A DNA stretch of 62,911 nt, counting the filler, from Kipferlia bialata (Eukaryota): assembly GCA_003568945.1 (NCBI GenBank). It is 5 parts of 5 records of this genome, joined end to end, with 100 filler letters (N's around TTAATTAATTAA, not from the genome) between each part and the next. Parts side by side here need not be neighbours in the genome. Positions count along the whole stretch, not along the records: positions 1 to 17,993 come from BDIP01000498.1; 4 more parts are not named here. One strand, 5' to 3'. Within the stretch, counting starts at the first letter, position 1; every line of letters begins with the position of its first letter. This document shows positions 1 to 11,687 of this stretch, piece after piece. Below the pieces are notes generated by a model. It was not told where the DNA came from. It made no database searches and worked only from the letters and a program-made list of their open reading frames with translations. The translations under genes were made by a program, and so were the position numbers.

Positions 1-20
1 GGGGGGGGGGGGGGGGGGGG

Positions 21-57
<37 letters not shown>

Positions 58-83
58 GCTTCCACCATTATAGCACCCCTCAC

Positions 84-443
84 CCTGAGCGTTGACTCTG
101 CGACTGTGGTCTGCTGTCTCTGCTGACCTGAGAGGGCTATGGACGTCAGCTTCTTGATCAGTGCCACGTTGTCAGACACAGAGGGTACAGGCACATCAAG
201 CAGGGCCTCCCTCACATCAGCACCCGAGGACACTGCATAGAGCACGTCCCCCTCACTGGCTGTGTCCACCAGAGACAGACAGGACAGGTGGGGGGAGGTC
301 AGCTCGGCATGCATGTACAGCCGGGGGAGGGAGGGAGGGGCCTCCGCCATTGCCTCACACGCCTCGGCAACCCCAGTCCCCAGCTGCAGGGCAGCGGTGA
401 GGGGGGTCACCACGGGACACGACCCAAACAGATCGCTGTTCAT
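84..443 (-). CDS. First exon of a hypothetical protein (gene runs off the contig start)
   Basis: ATG at 443, then 120 open codons (MNSDLFGSCPVV...AESTLR) and a GTGAG donor. No recognisable domain. Confidence 0.55.
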
Positions 444-722
444 GGCTCTGGAAGAGTGGGGTTTCCGCTGAGAATAGCTGACTCGAACTAAACCCTTTAG
501 TGCATATGTTTGTGATACACGAGTCTCGAGACTGAGAGTCTCAGAGGTTACACTGTGACAAGTATGAGTGCAAAGAGATACAAGCTCCTACCAGAGTCAT
601 AGTGTAGAGTGAGCAAAATCGGGAAACGCAACCTTCACCCAACAACCAGTGTCTATATTCTCTCTATTCTACCGTGCATGACCATCCGTCACCTCCTACA
701 CCTCCTGCTATTAGGGAGCCAT

Positions 723-3095
723 CTACCACGCCCCCAGCTGGCTGGCCCCGCTCTTCTTGATTGTCTTGTACACATACCAGCAGCACCCAGCCACCCCCCC
801 GATGACCAGAAGGGTCCAGAGGGCAGAGTGCTTGGACCGGGCCTCAACCTGGGGTGAGGGGTACATATATTGCGATAAGTAGTATCGACTCCACAGTCTC
901 TGCCTACCTGAGCCGTGATTGCCTGGAACGCTGCCTCGAGCGTGGCCATCCTCCTGAGCAGCAGGGTGAGCCTGGCCTCCATGTCCTCGGCACCCTGCCT
1001 CAGGGTGGTCAGCTCATCCTCCTGGGCCTCGTACTTGGACGCCATCCTGCGGTGGGGGGTGTACAAGGCTGATACACAGGTACTGTTCCTATATATATGA
1101 GACTGTCCCATACCTAGCGTGCTTTGCTGCAGCTGTGTCGAGCCTCTTGGTCAGCAGGTCCACCTGGCTGGTGAGGTCTCTCTTTGTGGCCTCGTAGCTC
1201 TTGTCAAGGGCACTCTGGGTGGCAGCCTGGTCCTTCAGCTGGGGTCAGGGGGGGGGGGGTATACATACACAGTGTATACACTAATAGTATCACCCTCACC
1301 TTAGCCTCTGCCTCTGCCACCTTGGCAGCCAGGGAGGTGGCTGTCCCCTGCACTGAGTCCAGTCTCTGTGCCATGGTCTCTAGAGAGGCCTCGAGGTCTG
1401 AGGTGTCACACACACACTCAGAGGCAGTGGGTGTAGGGGTGGAGGTGGATGGGGTCTCTGCCTCTGCCTCAGGGGTGGGCTCAGGCTGCCACAGGTTCTC
1501 TCTGTCTCTCTCCTTCTGCCTCTGTCTCTCCTCCTCCAGCAGTCTCTGCCTCTCTCTCTCTTTCTCTGCGGCGGCCTCTCTCTCTGCCCTGGTGGGTGTG
1601 GAGGCTGTGTCTCTACTTCTCTCCTCCACCTCTGTCTCCCCCCCAGGCACCAACAGATCCTTAAGCCTATCCTTGGAGTATGACCCCAGTCTGGATGACC
1701 TGCCCCCCCTGCTGCTGGTCAGAGTCACACTCATAGAGGCCACGTCCATGGCATCCACAACACCCCCAGTCATGGCAGTCACACCGAAGTAGCCAGTGCC
1801 GGGTAACACAACATTCTCAAAGTACAGCACGTTCTCCCAACGGCCGGTGGTCCTGGAGTGAGGGTGGCGGAATAGACACAATGGATTGAGCCTGATAGTA
1901 CCTGAGGGTTCATATCAATGACATATGTATACTAGACACTGATGTACCACCGCTCTCTGCCACTGGTACCTGAGGTCCATGTCGACTGTGAGCACCCCCT
2001 GCTTGTATGTGATCAGGACATGGAAAGGGGCCTTGGTGTTTCTATGGGTTAGAAAGGGTAATAGCGAGAGAGACACTGATACTGATACACACTGACTGCA
2101 CCTGAACCGTATCTGCTTGGACCCCAGCTCTGTGAGTGCCCCGTCTGTGGAGTGGTCATAAGCAATGGTGCCGTCATTGACAACGGCAAGAACCGGGGGG
2201 GGGGGGGAGGAGTGTTAGTAGAATGAGAGAGCAAGACACGGGGTATACATATATACCTTAGGGTTGTCTCCGGACATGTCGTTGTCGAATGTCTCGAACC
2301 CAATCATCAGTCCCTTCCACATGTCAGGGGCGCCGTACACAGGACCTGGGGGTGAGGCATGAAGATAGAGAGAGACTCACAGAGAGAGAGTTCACTCACC
2401 GTCTCCTGCCTCCTCCACAAACCAGAATGCCATTCCGTCTGCCCCTATGCTCCTCTGGCCTGTGATCTGCATGGCCAGCTCAACCTGGGGTGGGGAGAGA
2501 GAGAGAGAGACGTGTCATGACGATAGAAGAGAGAGGCAAGTGTCCCTACCTCGAACCCGTCGGCATGGGCAAGGGCCTTGGTCCACACACCACCCCTCTT
2601 GCCCTTCTCGGCAGGGGTCAGCCTGGGGGTCAGACACACACAGAACAGCACTCAGACTATATACACATGAACGCATGGTTGATCTCAACAAGAGAGAGAG
2701 ACCCACCTGATCTTGTCGTCTGACACCACAGCTGACCCATTGAGGGTGAGGTGGGCTGTGTTGGACTGGGACAGGAAGGGGGGGGAGAAGCTGGGTCAGG
2801 ATGGGGAACGGAGTACAAGAAACTTGTCATTGACAAGTGATAGGATGCATTGTCGGTGTGACACATACGGAATGGATACATCAAGAAACGGAACACTGAC
2901 ATTCCAACACCTATCCCCTTGTATCATGTGACCATTAGCATTGGTATAAGTGAAAACGCAAGACTCGGTACCGGTACCGGGACCGGTACCAACTCCATGT
3001 CATAACCCCTACCTGTGTAAGGCAGACTCACAATGGACACCAACAGCTAGCAGCAGCACAAGGGCCACACACAGTGGCGCCACGTGACTGTGCAT
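723..3095 (-). CDS. L-type (legume-like) lectin cargo receptor, ERGIC-53/VIP36 family, multi-exon
   Basis: Spliced product: signal peptide MHSHVAPLCVALVLLLAVGVHC, then SFSPPF, RLTPAEKGKRGGVW, GADGMAFW, GPVYG, FETFDND and GYFGVTAMTG motifs, a coiled-coil stalk, a C-terminal TM (LWTLLVIGGVAGCCWYVY) and tail KTIKKSGASQLGAW; TAG at 723-725. Confidence 0.85.
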
Positions 3096-3460
3096 ACTCA
3101 GTTGGGGTCGGGGGTCGGTGTCTTCTTCAGAGAGTCAGTGTGTCCAGGACGGAATGAGTTAATATAAACCCTTATGTGTACAGAGCAAAAACCAGCTCTG
3201 AGTTAGCGGTAGCCGCTTACGTCTCCTATTTAGTTCCCATCAGCGAGACAAACCATTGTCAGTGTACTAAATACAATCTCTCTATTCTCATTCACTCTCG
3301 CAACTTGTACTGTTAGTACTTATTCTACACGGGGCATCCGTTGTAACTGAACACTGCCCCTCCCTAGCACATGGTACTGACTCCCATATCGATATAGATG
3401 GAAGGTCAACGGTGTAGGGTCTGATCGCACTCAGGCTTCTCTCTCTCCCTTCCATCGATG

Positions 3461-6400
3461 TTAGACAGTGGCCGTGGGCACTGTGATGACGGGGCTGGGG
3501 CGCTGCCTGAGGTTGGCGTGTCTGACTGCCATTCTGTTGGTCCTCTCCTCCACAGCCTTGTCGTACTTCTTCTGCTTCATCTTGGCATCCAGGATAAGCA
3601 CCGCAGACAGGATGGACAGACCCAGGGACAGGATGGCGTAGTTGGCACTGGGGTTAGAGAGATCAGAGTGAGAGGCCGGTTGATACATATACATATATAT
3701 AAGTGTATTGCACTCACCCGACGTCTGTGAAGTACTGGACCACGGAGTAGGCTGGCTTTCTGAACCTCTGGTAGGTGTCGACCAGGTCCAGCCTGACCTC
3801 GATCTGGGCCTCATTGGCCAGAGCGGCAGGGAGGTCGTAGACTAGGGGTCAGGGGGGCATAGGAGTATACAGATATCAATAGTATGACAATAAACAGTGA
3901 GGAGTATTATGATGTGCTGCACTCACCGACGACCTCTGCCTTGGAGTGGATGTCGAACCGGTAGATGTATGTGAACTCGATGGCGTCCATCCTGTAGATG
4001 GGGGTGATTGTGATGTCTGACCGAAGGATGTACTTCTTGCCGGGCCTCAGCAGCAGCTTGTGCAGGGGCCCTCCCTGGGACATGTTGGAGTCCTCGTCCA
4101 GCAGCTCTCCTCCAACACCAGAGATGTCCGAGAAGGTGAGGTCGAACCGCTCTGCCGTGGCAATGGCGTCCTCGGCACACATGGTGGCATTCATGCCAAA
4201 CCAGTTGAAGGGCATGGCGTTGAGAACACCATTGTCCCATGCAAAGAAGTAGTTGTTCTCGTCCTGGTACAGTGCCCTGGTCAGGTCCATGTCCTGCAGC
4301 AGGTAGGGGTTGAAGGCGAGGATGGGGGCAGCGGCGGGGATCACGATGTCGGAGGTGATGGCGGGGCAGTCCTCGTGGGTGCCGGGGGTGGAGTCGCCAA
4401 AGAGGTCCGAGGACAGCGTGAAGAAGAGGGTCTCGTCGTTCTGGTTGACGTTGTCAGACAGAGAGTGGGCAAGCTGGGCAAAGGAGCTCTCGCGCTCAAG
4501 GTCTGCCTCGACATACTGGGGGTAAGGGGGAACAGGGAGGGGATAGAGTGAATATATGAATAGGTAGGTGCACCCACTCACGTTGAAGTGGAATGCCAGC
4601 TGGAACCAGATGGACATGGCCGCATCGGCTGCTGTCTCGTCTGCATCGGCCCACCGGTTGGTCAGGGGCAGGGACACCGAGTCTCTGAACCTGCCCGTCT
4701 CTGTCATGCTGCACAGACCACCGTCACTGAACTCGTTGTAGACGGTGTCGGGGTTGGAGGGGAGGCCAATGATCTCATCTAGGTAGGCACCAGCAGCCCA
4801 GTCCTCGCTGGGGCTCAGCTCCCTGCCAGCTCTGATGTTGTACTTGATCTCATCGGTGTCGCCTGGGTGTGAGAGAGTGGAGAGAGAGAAACAGAGACTG
4901 ACTGTCACTGAATATATATGCCTATAGCTGCCCCCACCTTCCATGATGTTGACTGTGCCCTGTGCCCTCACCTCCCTGGGGCTGAGGGGGATGGTGTCGG
5001 GGTTGTGGGGGATGGTGTACATGAAGGCCTCGGCCTCCAGCTCGGAGGGCTGGTCGCTGTTCCTGGCAGTGGCGTAGTAGGTGGGTCCCATTCCCAGGGT
5101 GGTGACTGTGACGTCTGTGAAGTAGTTAGGCTCCATGTCCTCAAAGACCTGGGGGTGGGGCAAAGTGACACACGAGGGTGTAGATATATATATATATATA
5201 TTCATATACTTTGTATATATATACACAGCCACCCTTGCATACCTGGGGTGTCCAGTGGCTGCCAAGGAGGTCGTCCCCGGGGGTCAGACGCACCGTGGGG
5301 TTGGAGTCCACTGTGATGTAGTAGTCGTCAGAGGCAATGGCGTACAGGTAGGGGCGCATGACACCGTCGTTCACCATAGCGTCCAGGGTCCACTCTCCAA
5401 CAGACCGAGCGCCATCGACACTGACGTCACAGTAGTAGAACCTGCCATCTCCGTCAGCGGTTGGTGTGTGGAGGGTGGTTCCATCCCAGACTGGCTTGGC
5501 CTGAGGGGCGTAGACACCATCAGCATAGTTGATTCCACAGGAAGGGTCTGGGGTGAGAAGGAGACGAGGTGTGAGGGTGGGTTCACCATCTATACATGGC
5601 ACTGACCTGATGCAGGGTGGGTGCTCTTGTCTGGCATGCATGCACAGACACCCATGTCCCAGTAGTGTCCAGCATCCACTGTGTTGTAGCCCTGGGGGTC
5701 GATGGGGGCTGTGCCCGTGGGGTCAGAAGCAGCGGCAAGGATGGAGGTGGCAGAGGCAGCAGTGTGCAGCCACCACCTGGGAGTGAGAGGAGGACGCTAT
5801 ACGCCATACTATGAACAATCAAACCACTACACACCTGCTGGCCAGAGGGTGGAAGTCAAACTCCTCCCTCACAATGGGGTAGTCGACTGGGATGGCGTAG
5901 ACCTGGCTGTCTGCAAGGGCCCCGTCGTTGCAGGACAGAGTGGAGGAGGTGTACTCGATGGCCTCGACCATGATGGCATCCCCTACAAGAACATCGGCAA
6001 CTGGGGTGAGGGTATACGGGGGGGGGGGCTCTACCAAACTCTAATTCCCACCTGTGACGCTGAGTGTCTCGTGCCAGGGGTCGGTGGTGGGGGGGAGAGA
6101 GTCTCCAGCGGCCACTCTCAGCAGCTTCTCGTACTTGTTGATGTCGGCAACGGGGTTGTTGACATCCCTAAGGGTGAGAGAGGGGTGGTTGGTATCATGC
6201 ATCTGACTGAGAGTATACCCTACCTCCAGAGTCCAGTCTTCTGGATGCGCAGGGGGTCATCATCGTTGGGGCACTGGGTCTCCAGGAACTGCACAATGTC
6301 ATCATCATCAGTGGATGGCTCCATCCTGAATGACTCTGCGTATATGGACTCCTTCGAGTCCTCCTCAAAGTCTCGGGGGATGACGTGGATGCGGCCGGGC

Positions 6401-8945
6401 TGGGGTGAGAGGGATATTAACCAACAGATTTGAGTGCGTGGGTGTGTGCACCTGGCTCTGTCCGATGTCTGCAAAGGTGCAGTCCTTGGACAGCAGGGGC
6501 AGACCGAGGGTGATCTCGCTGAACCCTCTGTCGAGCTGGGCAAACTCCACATATGAGGAGCAGACGGGGGTGGCGAAGCCTGTGGCGTCGTCCCCGTCTG
6601 TGTCGAGGTGGAACTGGATGCGCAGGGTCTGCTCGGCACTGCCTGGGACCTCCTCAGAGAAGTGGTAGTCCACCACCTCCAGCACCTTGGCATTGGCCAC
6701 ACGGCCATCCTGAGGGTGAGTACAGACAGATAGGGAGGGGGGGCAATCACTGAACTCCAAAACACCAAACCAGGCCCCACCTGAAGGGTCAGGGCGACGT
6801 TGACCTCGAGGTCCTCATCAGAGGCCTTGATGAGGTTCTTGGGGTAGTTGAGCAGCACGTGCATGTTGTAGATGGCATCTCCGTTGCCGTCAGTGTCCAC
6901 CTGAACGACATCCAGCACCTGGGGGTGAGAAGCAGAGAGAATGCTGAGAAGTGTAACAGGGATATATATACGTTACTTCTACCCACCTGTCCACCTGGGG
7001 CCACTCCACAGTAGGGGGTGCCGGCCAGGATGAATGGCTGCTGGTGGTTGGCGGTGTCGTAGGGACAGAGAGGGGCGTCCTCAATCACAGGGGGCTCATC
7101 ATCGGCATCAAGGCCAGACAGGTTGGCGGGGTCCTCGAAGAAGCCAGTCACAACCTAGAGTCAGGGGGGTGGGGTATATACTCTGACCCAAGTAACATGC
7201 ATCATTGCTCCGTACCATCTCGCCGGGCTCCTTGACGATGCCGCATGTCTTGGACAGATACATGGGCTCCTCCACCTGGGTGGCCTGGCACCCGCCCTCA
7301 GCGTCGGGGTAGGGGAACTCCTCGGTGCAACCTGGGAGTGAGTGTGTTGAAAGAGTGAGTACACCTGTCAATACTGTGTACGAGACACCCACCGTTGACC
7401 CTGGCCCAATGGGTGCCACAGGCGGGGTCCAGAGCGCCACAGCCTGTGTCGCAGTCCTTGTCTGTGTAGTAGGAGGTGGGGCATGTCCAGGAGGTGGGGG
7501 CAGAGGAGGAGCATCCAGAGATGGCGGGGCCGGTGAGGTCCCAGAGGTCCACATCATTCTCGGCCTGCTGGATGGTCATGGAGTACACGCTAATAGTCTC
7601 TCCTCCCACGACTTCCGCACTAGACAACACTGGCTTGGTCTCGATGACAGCCAGTACCACTGTGGAGTCCTTGCCGCTGAAGATGACTGTCTGCCCATCC
7701 TGCAGAGCCTCGAGCTCACTGGCAGCATTGGTGGGGGAGTCACCATCCAGGGTGAACGTGACAGTGGTGGGTCCGTCCGTGGTCTGCCCCACGGGGTGGT
7801 CGGCCTGCAGCCACTCGTAGTCATCGGAGGTGAAACCCTCGTCAGCACAGACGGGGTCGACGCTGATGTCCACAAAGGAGTTGACGTATGTGGGCACAAA
7901 CACCCAGTTGAGGAAGTCGGAGTCCTCGACAGTAGAGTCAGAGGCAGGGGCGGTCATAGCCTCGAAGGCATCCCTGTCATCCTGGGGTGAGGGGGGGGGG
8001 GGGCATTCCCAGATATAGAGGGAAAGGGGGTATGAGTATGAAGGGGCTCATACCTGTGTGTATGTGCCCTGGAGGGACAGGATGTTCCACTCATCATGGA
8101 TGGCAGTGCCGTAGGTGGCCTCATCACTCAGCACAACAGTGAGACGGGACTGGGGTGAGGGGACATCACAGGGAGAGAGGAATACTACCCTCTGTCTCCT
8201 CGCTGCCTCTCACTAGAGGGTATCCTGCACTGCCCCACCTGGTAGTCCACGACAGATGCGTTAGGGGTCCTGTCTCTGTACTCCCCAACACCTGCCATCT
8301 CTCCTCCGTTGACAATGGCCAGCTGCAGCTGGTCTGTCAGCACATCCACCCTGTCGGTGGCAGGCCTGGGGGTGAGGAAGGGGGGGGGGGGGTAGAGAGG
8401 GTATATGACATCGCACTTACATGCGGATGTGTGCGTGGATGTCGTGGTCGGCAAACCCGTCCCACAGCATGTCACAGCCCTTGCCACTCTGCAGATGGAG
8501 CATCTCCATCGAGGCCAGAGACATAGAGTCGGCCATGGACCGGATCAGCTCCTCACGGAAGCCCTGGGGGTGAGTACAATACAATACACGCGACACAGGG
8601 ATGTCAGTACAGTGTGGAGTACTACATGTGTAACACATGCCGCTCACCATGTCCATGGATGTTGTGTATGGCTCGACGCTGGGTGTGGTGTCGAAGAAGG
8701 GCGTGGCGGTGAAGGATCCAAAGGGGATGGACCCAGGGGCCAGCACAGACGACACCAGGGGGACCTGCTCGTCCACACCCACGACGTCATCCACCACCCC
8801 CCACATGTCTGTGAACTCTACATTCAACAGGGTGGAGGACTCGGGGGCACCGAACATGACTATGTCGTAGTCAAAGTGGAAGTCCATGGTGGGCACGTCC
8901 AGGTAGTTGGTGGCGGGGTTGCCTCCATTGTCCCTGGCATGGTAC
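3461..8945 (-). CDS. Large type-I membrane/surface protein, 5'-truncated, multi-exon
   Basis: Chain of acidic exons with canonical CCCAG acceptors, a Cys motif CPTSYYTDKDCDTGCGALDPAC, and a single C-terminal TM (YAILSLGLSILSAVLIL) with a basic tail. The first visible exon starts at an acceptor (8945); no start codon found. Confidence 0.7.
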
Positions 8946-9035
8946 CTGACAGTGAGGGGGGGGGGGGGGGGGGGAAAAAAAAAAAAAAAAATAATCCTGC
9001 CCCCCCCCCCCCCCCCCCCCCCCCCTCACCCCCAG

Positions 9036-10414
9036 GACACAAGAGCATCACGTCTTTCTGGGTGCACTCCCTATCAATGCCAAAGGTGTGTGGTCTGTTG
9101 CTGCATTAATCACTCTGCCTAGACACTCACACGAGCGTGTGTGTTGTATCTTCCGTTTAGTTCAGTCACAGGGTTACTTCGGACCTATGTCTCTATCTCT
9201 ATCTCTATCCCTAACCCCAGGCTGACCGTGCCAACCCCCTCTCTAGGGGTGACAGTGAGAGGGTGTCCGAGGCAGAGGACATGAGGGGGAGGGAGGAGTC
9301 GACAGAGACCGAGGAAGGGGTCTTTGCGAGTGAGTCGGAAAGAGAGAGGGAGAGAGAGAGAGAGGGTGAGACTGGCACTGGGTTGGAGAGGGAAGACGGG
9401 AGAGAAGGGGAGAGAGAGGAAATGCAGCGCAAGAGAGACATATTTGTCAGAAGTGCCGCTGGGTACTGTGTGGCCACATTCCTATTAGGTGCGTATATGT
9501 GTATTTGGTGTGCTGTTGGTGGCCCAACTCATCATCTTGCCTCTCTCTCTCTCTCTCTCCCTGTCTCTTATGTCCAGGCATTGGCGACCGTCACCTTGAG
9601 AACCTCCTCCTCGACTATGAGGGCAGACTGTTCCACATCGACTTTGGGTTCATACTCGGTATGTGTCAGTCTATATTGTAACTGGTTACTTTACTGTATA
9701 CTGGCTAGGCATACTCTAGTGCACTTTCTTCGAGTCAATTGCCGATATTCTTCACCATCTGACCCCCAGGCCGTGACCCGAAGCCCCTCCCCCCGCCCAT
9801 GAAGATCAACAAGGACATGGTGCTTGCAATGGGTGGACCCACCAGCCAGGTACCCGCTTGTATATACAGTGACTTGTCTATATTTGTTTATGTATTACAT
9901 ATATGTGTCTGACCCCCAGGGCTATGCCCGCTTCCTGTCCCTGTCCTCCGAGGCCTATAACATCCTGAGGCGGAATGCAGGGACAGTGGTGGCCACGCTC
10001 AAGCTGTGCGCCGCAACAGGTATGAATGCCACATTGCAATCGCTTGAGTGTGCACATGTGTCTCCCTGACCCCCAGGCATTGAGACTCTGCAGGCCGAGG
10101 ACGCCTCGTCCTTCCAAGATACGGTGGGTAGATACAGACTGGAGCTCAGTGACGAGAGAGCAGGGGCACACTTCAGAACAAGGTGGGGCAGATACTAGTG
10201 TGTATCTACCCATGATTGGACATTGTGGACGTAAACATCCCCTTCTCTCTCTCTAACTGCCAGGCTGAAGCACAGTGTGGATGCCCTGTTCCACTTTCTC
10301 TCTCTCTCTCGTTCTCTCTCTCTGACTGCCAGGCTGAAGCACAGTGTGGATGCCCTGTTCCCTGTCATTCTGGACCACTTCCACAGGCTGGTCCAGAACT
10401 ACTGGAGGGCATGA
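9036..10414 (+). CDS. VPS34: Class III phosphatidylinositol 3-kinase, C-terminal part of the kinase domain only
   Basis: Spliced: [54 protein letters not shown]...AYNILRR...[11 protein letters not shown]...[14 protein letters not shown] and the C-terminal YW are Vps34 signatures. Confidence 0.92.
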
Positions 10415-10655
10415 GGTGTATCACTGTCACTCTAATTGAGCACTTGTGGAACAGCGATACTTATACTGAAACAGGTCCAGAACTACTGGAGGGCATGAGG
10501 ACGCTATCCTTTTAGTATAACTCTAATAGAATACAGCTCTTGGAACATGGTAACATTATGATTCTAGTTGTACAGATCATTCACTTCCTGACACGGTAAC
10601 AAAATGAATGCTTTTCTACAGTATGAAATTGTGCTCTCTAAGAGGCCACATGATG

Positions 10656-10785
10656 TGCAGCTCCAGGTCTCCTACCCATATGGTTCACAGAGACCCTGGG
10701 CATCAACAGTATCTGATATACAGATACATGTATATACATCAACTGGCAAGAGAACCCTGGTGAGTCACCCACCTTCAACGCTGCA
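10656..10785 (-). promoter_or_regulatory. Candidate type II SECIS element, split by a predicted 77-nt 3'-UTR intron (10696-10772)
   Basis: After splicing: UGCAG-CGU-UGAA-GGGUCUCUGUG-AA-CCAUAUGG-GUA-GGAGACCU-GGAG-CUGCA. This gives stem I UGCAG/CUGCA, a GA/GA core, an 8-bp stem II, AA 11 nt above the core and an apical mini-stem. Confidence 0.7.
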
Positions 10786-10809
10786 TGCTGTTTGATGGAC
10801 CAATCTCCT

Positions 10810-11091
10810 CTACTTGAGTAGTTCCCTGATGGTCTCTACTATCCTACTTGCGGTCGGGTACCGATTGGAGGATCCCTAGATGAGCAGACAGAGAACATCA
10901 TATGAATTCAACTCCCTACTACTCAATCAGTATCCCAGTCTGAATGTATCGCTCACCCTGGAAAATACTGTCTGGCCGTCACATGATATGTCAAAGACAC
11001 CATAAGCGTCAGTCTGGGATGTAGTGACCTGTGGTGGGGGAAAGCAGGAGGGGTAATGTGGAGAGAGAGAACCAGTAGGAAGAGAGAAGAT

Positions 11092-11126
<35 letters not shown>

Positions 11127-11352
11127 TGCCGACCTCCGCCTCAGGGAACTCCCCCCTCAGAGTATCGGCAAGGGTATAGACATACCGACTGACACCTCAG
11201 GAGAAGGTGAACTGAACGTGAGAGATGACTCTTACTAGATAAGAGAGAGATGGTTAGAGAGAGAGGTGGGTGGGAGGGAGGGGGGGGGGGGGTAATGTAG
11301 ATTCATATATGCCCTGATACAACTGGCTAGGTACCTGAATATCAATGAGCAT
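10810..11352 (-). CDS. SelW/SelT/SelH (Rdx) family selenoprotein, 77 aa; exons 11352-11335, 11211-11134, 11028-10957, 10875-10810
   Basis: Three phase-0 GT-AG introns give MLIDIQFTFSUGVSRYVYTLADTLRGEFPEAEVTTSQTDAYGVFDISCDGQTVFSRGSSNRYPTASRIVETIRELLK*, with TGA at 11197-11199. Matches the Rdx pattern xxxUG...L...FP...GxFxIxxDGxxVFS...YP. Confidence 0.88.
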
Positions 11353-11687
11353 CTCTGTTGCGCACTCCGCTAGGAGACAGTCAAGGCCATCTCTATTCGT
11401 GTCTGCTGCACCCCTAGCCAAACACAGCTGAGGGGGGTCTCACATGCTCGACGAGCAGAATGGACAATTCACCTTTCTACTGTATACGTGCTTCTGACTG
11501 CGAGAGATACCCTCCAGGCGGTATGGAGCTGGGATGCATCAGCCTGGACAGTGTATGCAGTGTCTCCTTCACTCATCACTGTCTGACTACCACAGCACTT
11601 ACCCCCGTATCTGGAGAGAGTAGGACACCCTAGCTGACTGACCTCGTGGCACCCTTGGTGTATCTGTACCAGCATTACCAGTGAGAG

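Noticed and set aside
1184..9109. Long plus-strand ORFs (e.g. 1184-1792, 5702-6433, 7325-7990, 8405-9109)
   Set aside because: They are antisense shadows of GC3-rich minus-strand exons.
10735..10780. Contiguous (unspliced) SECIS using UUGAA...UGAU
   Set aside because: Stem II is out of register with the core and there is no apical AA; the spliced version fits far better.
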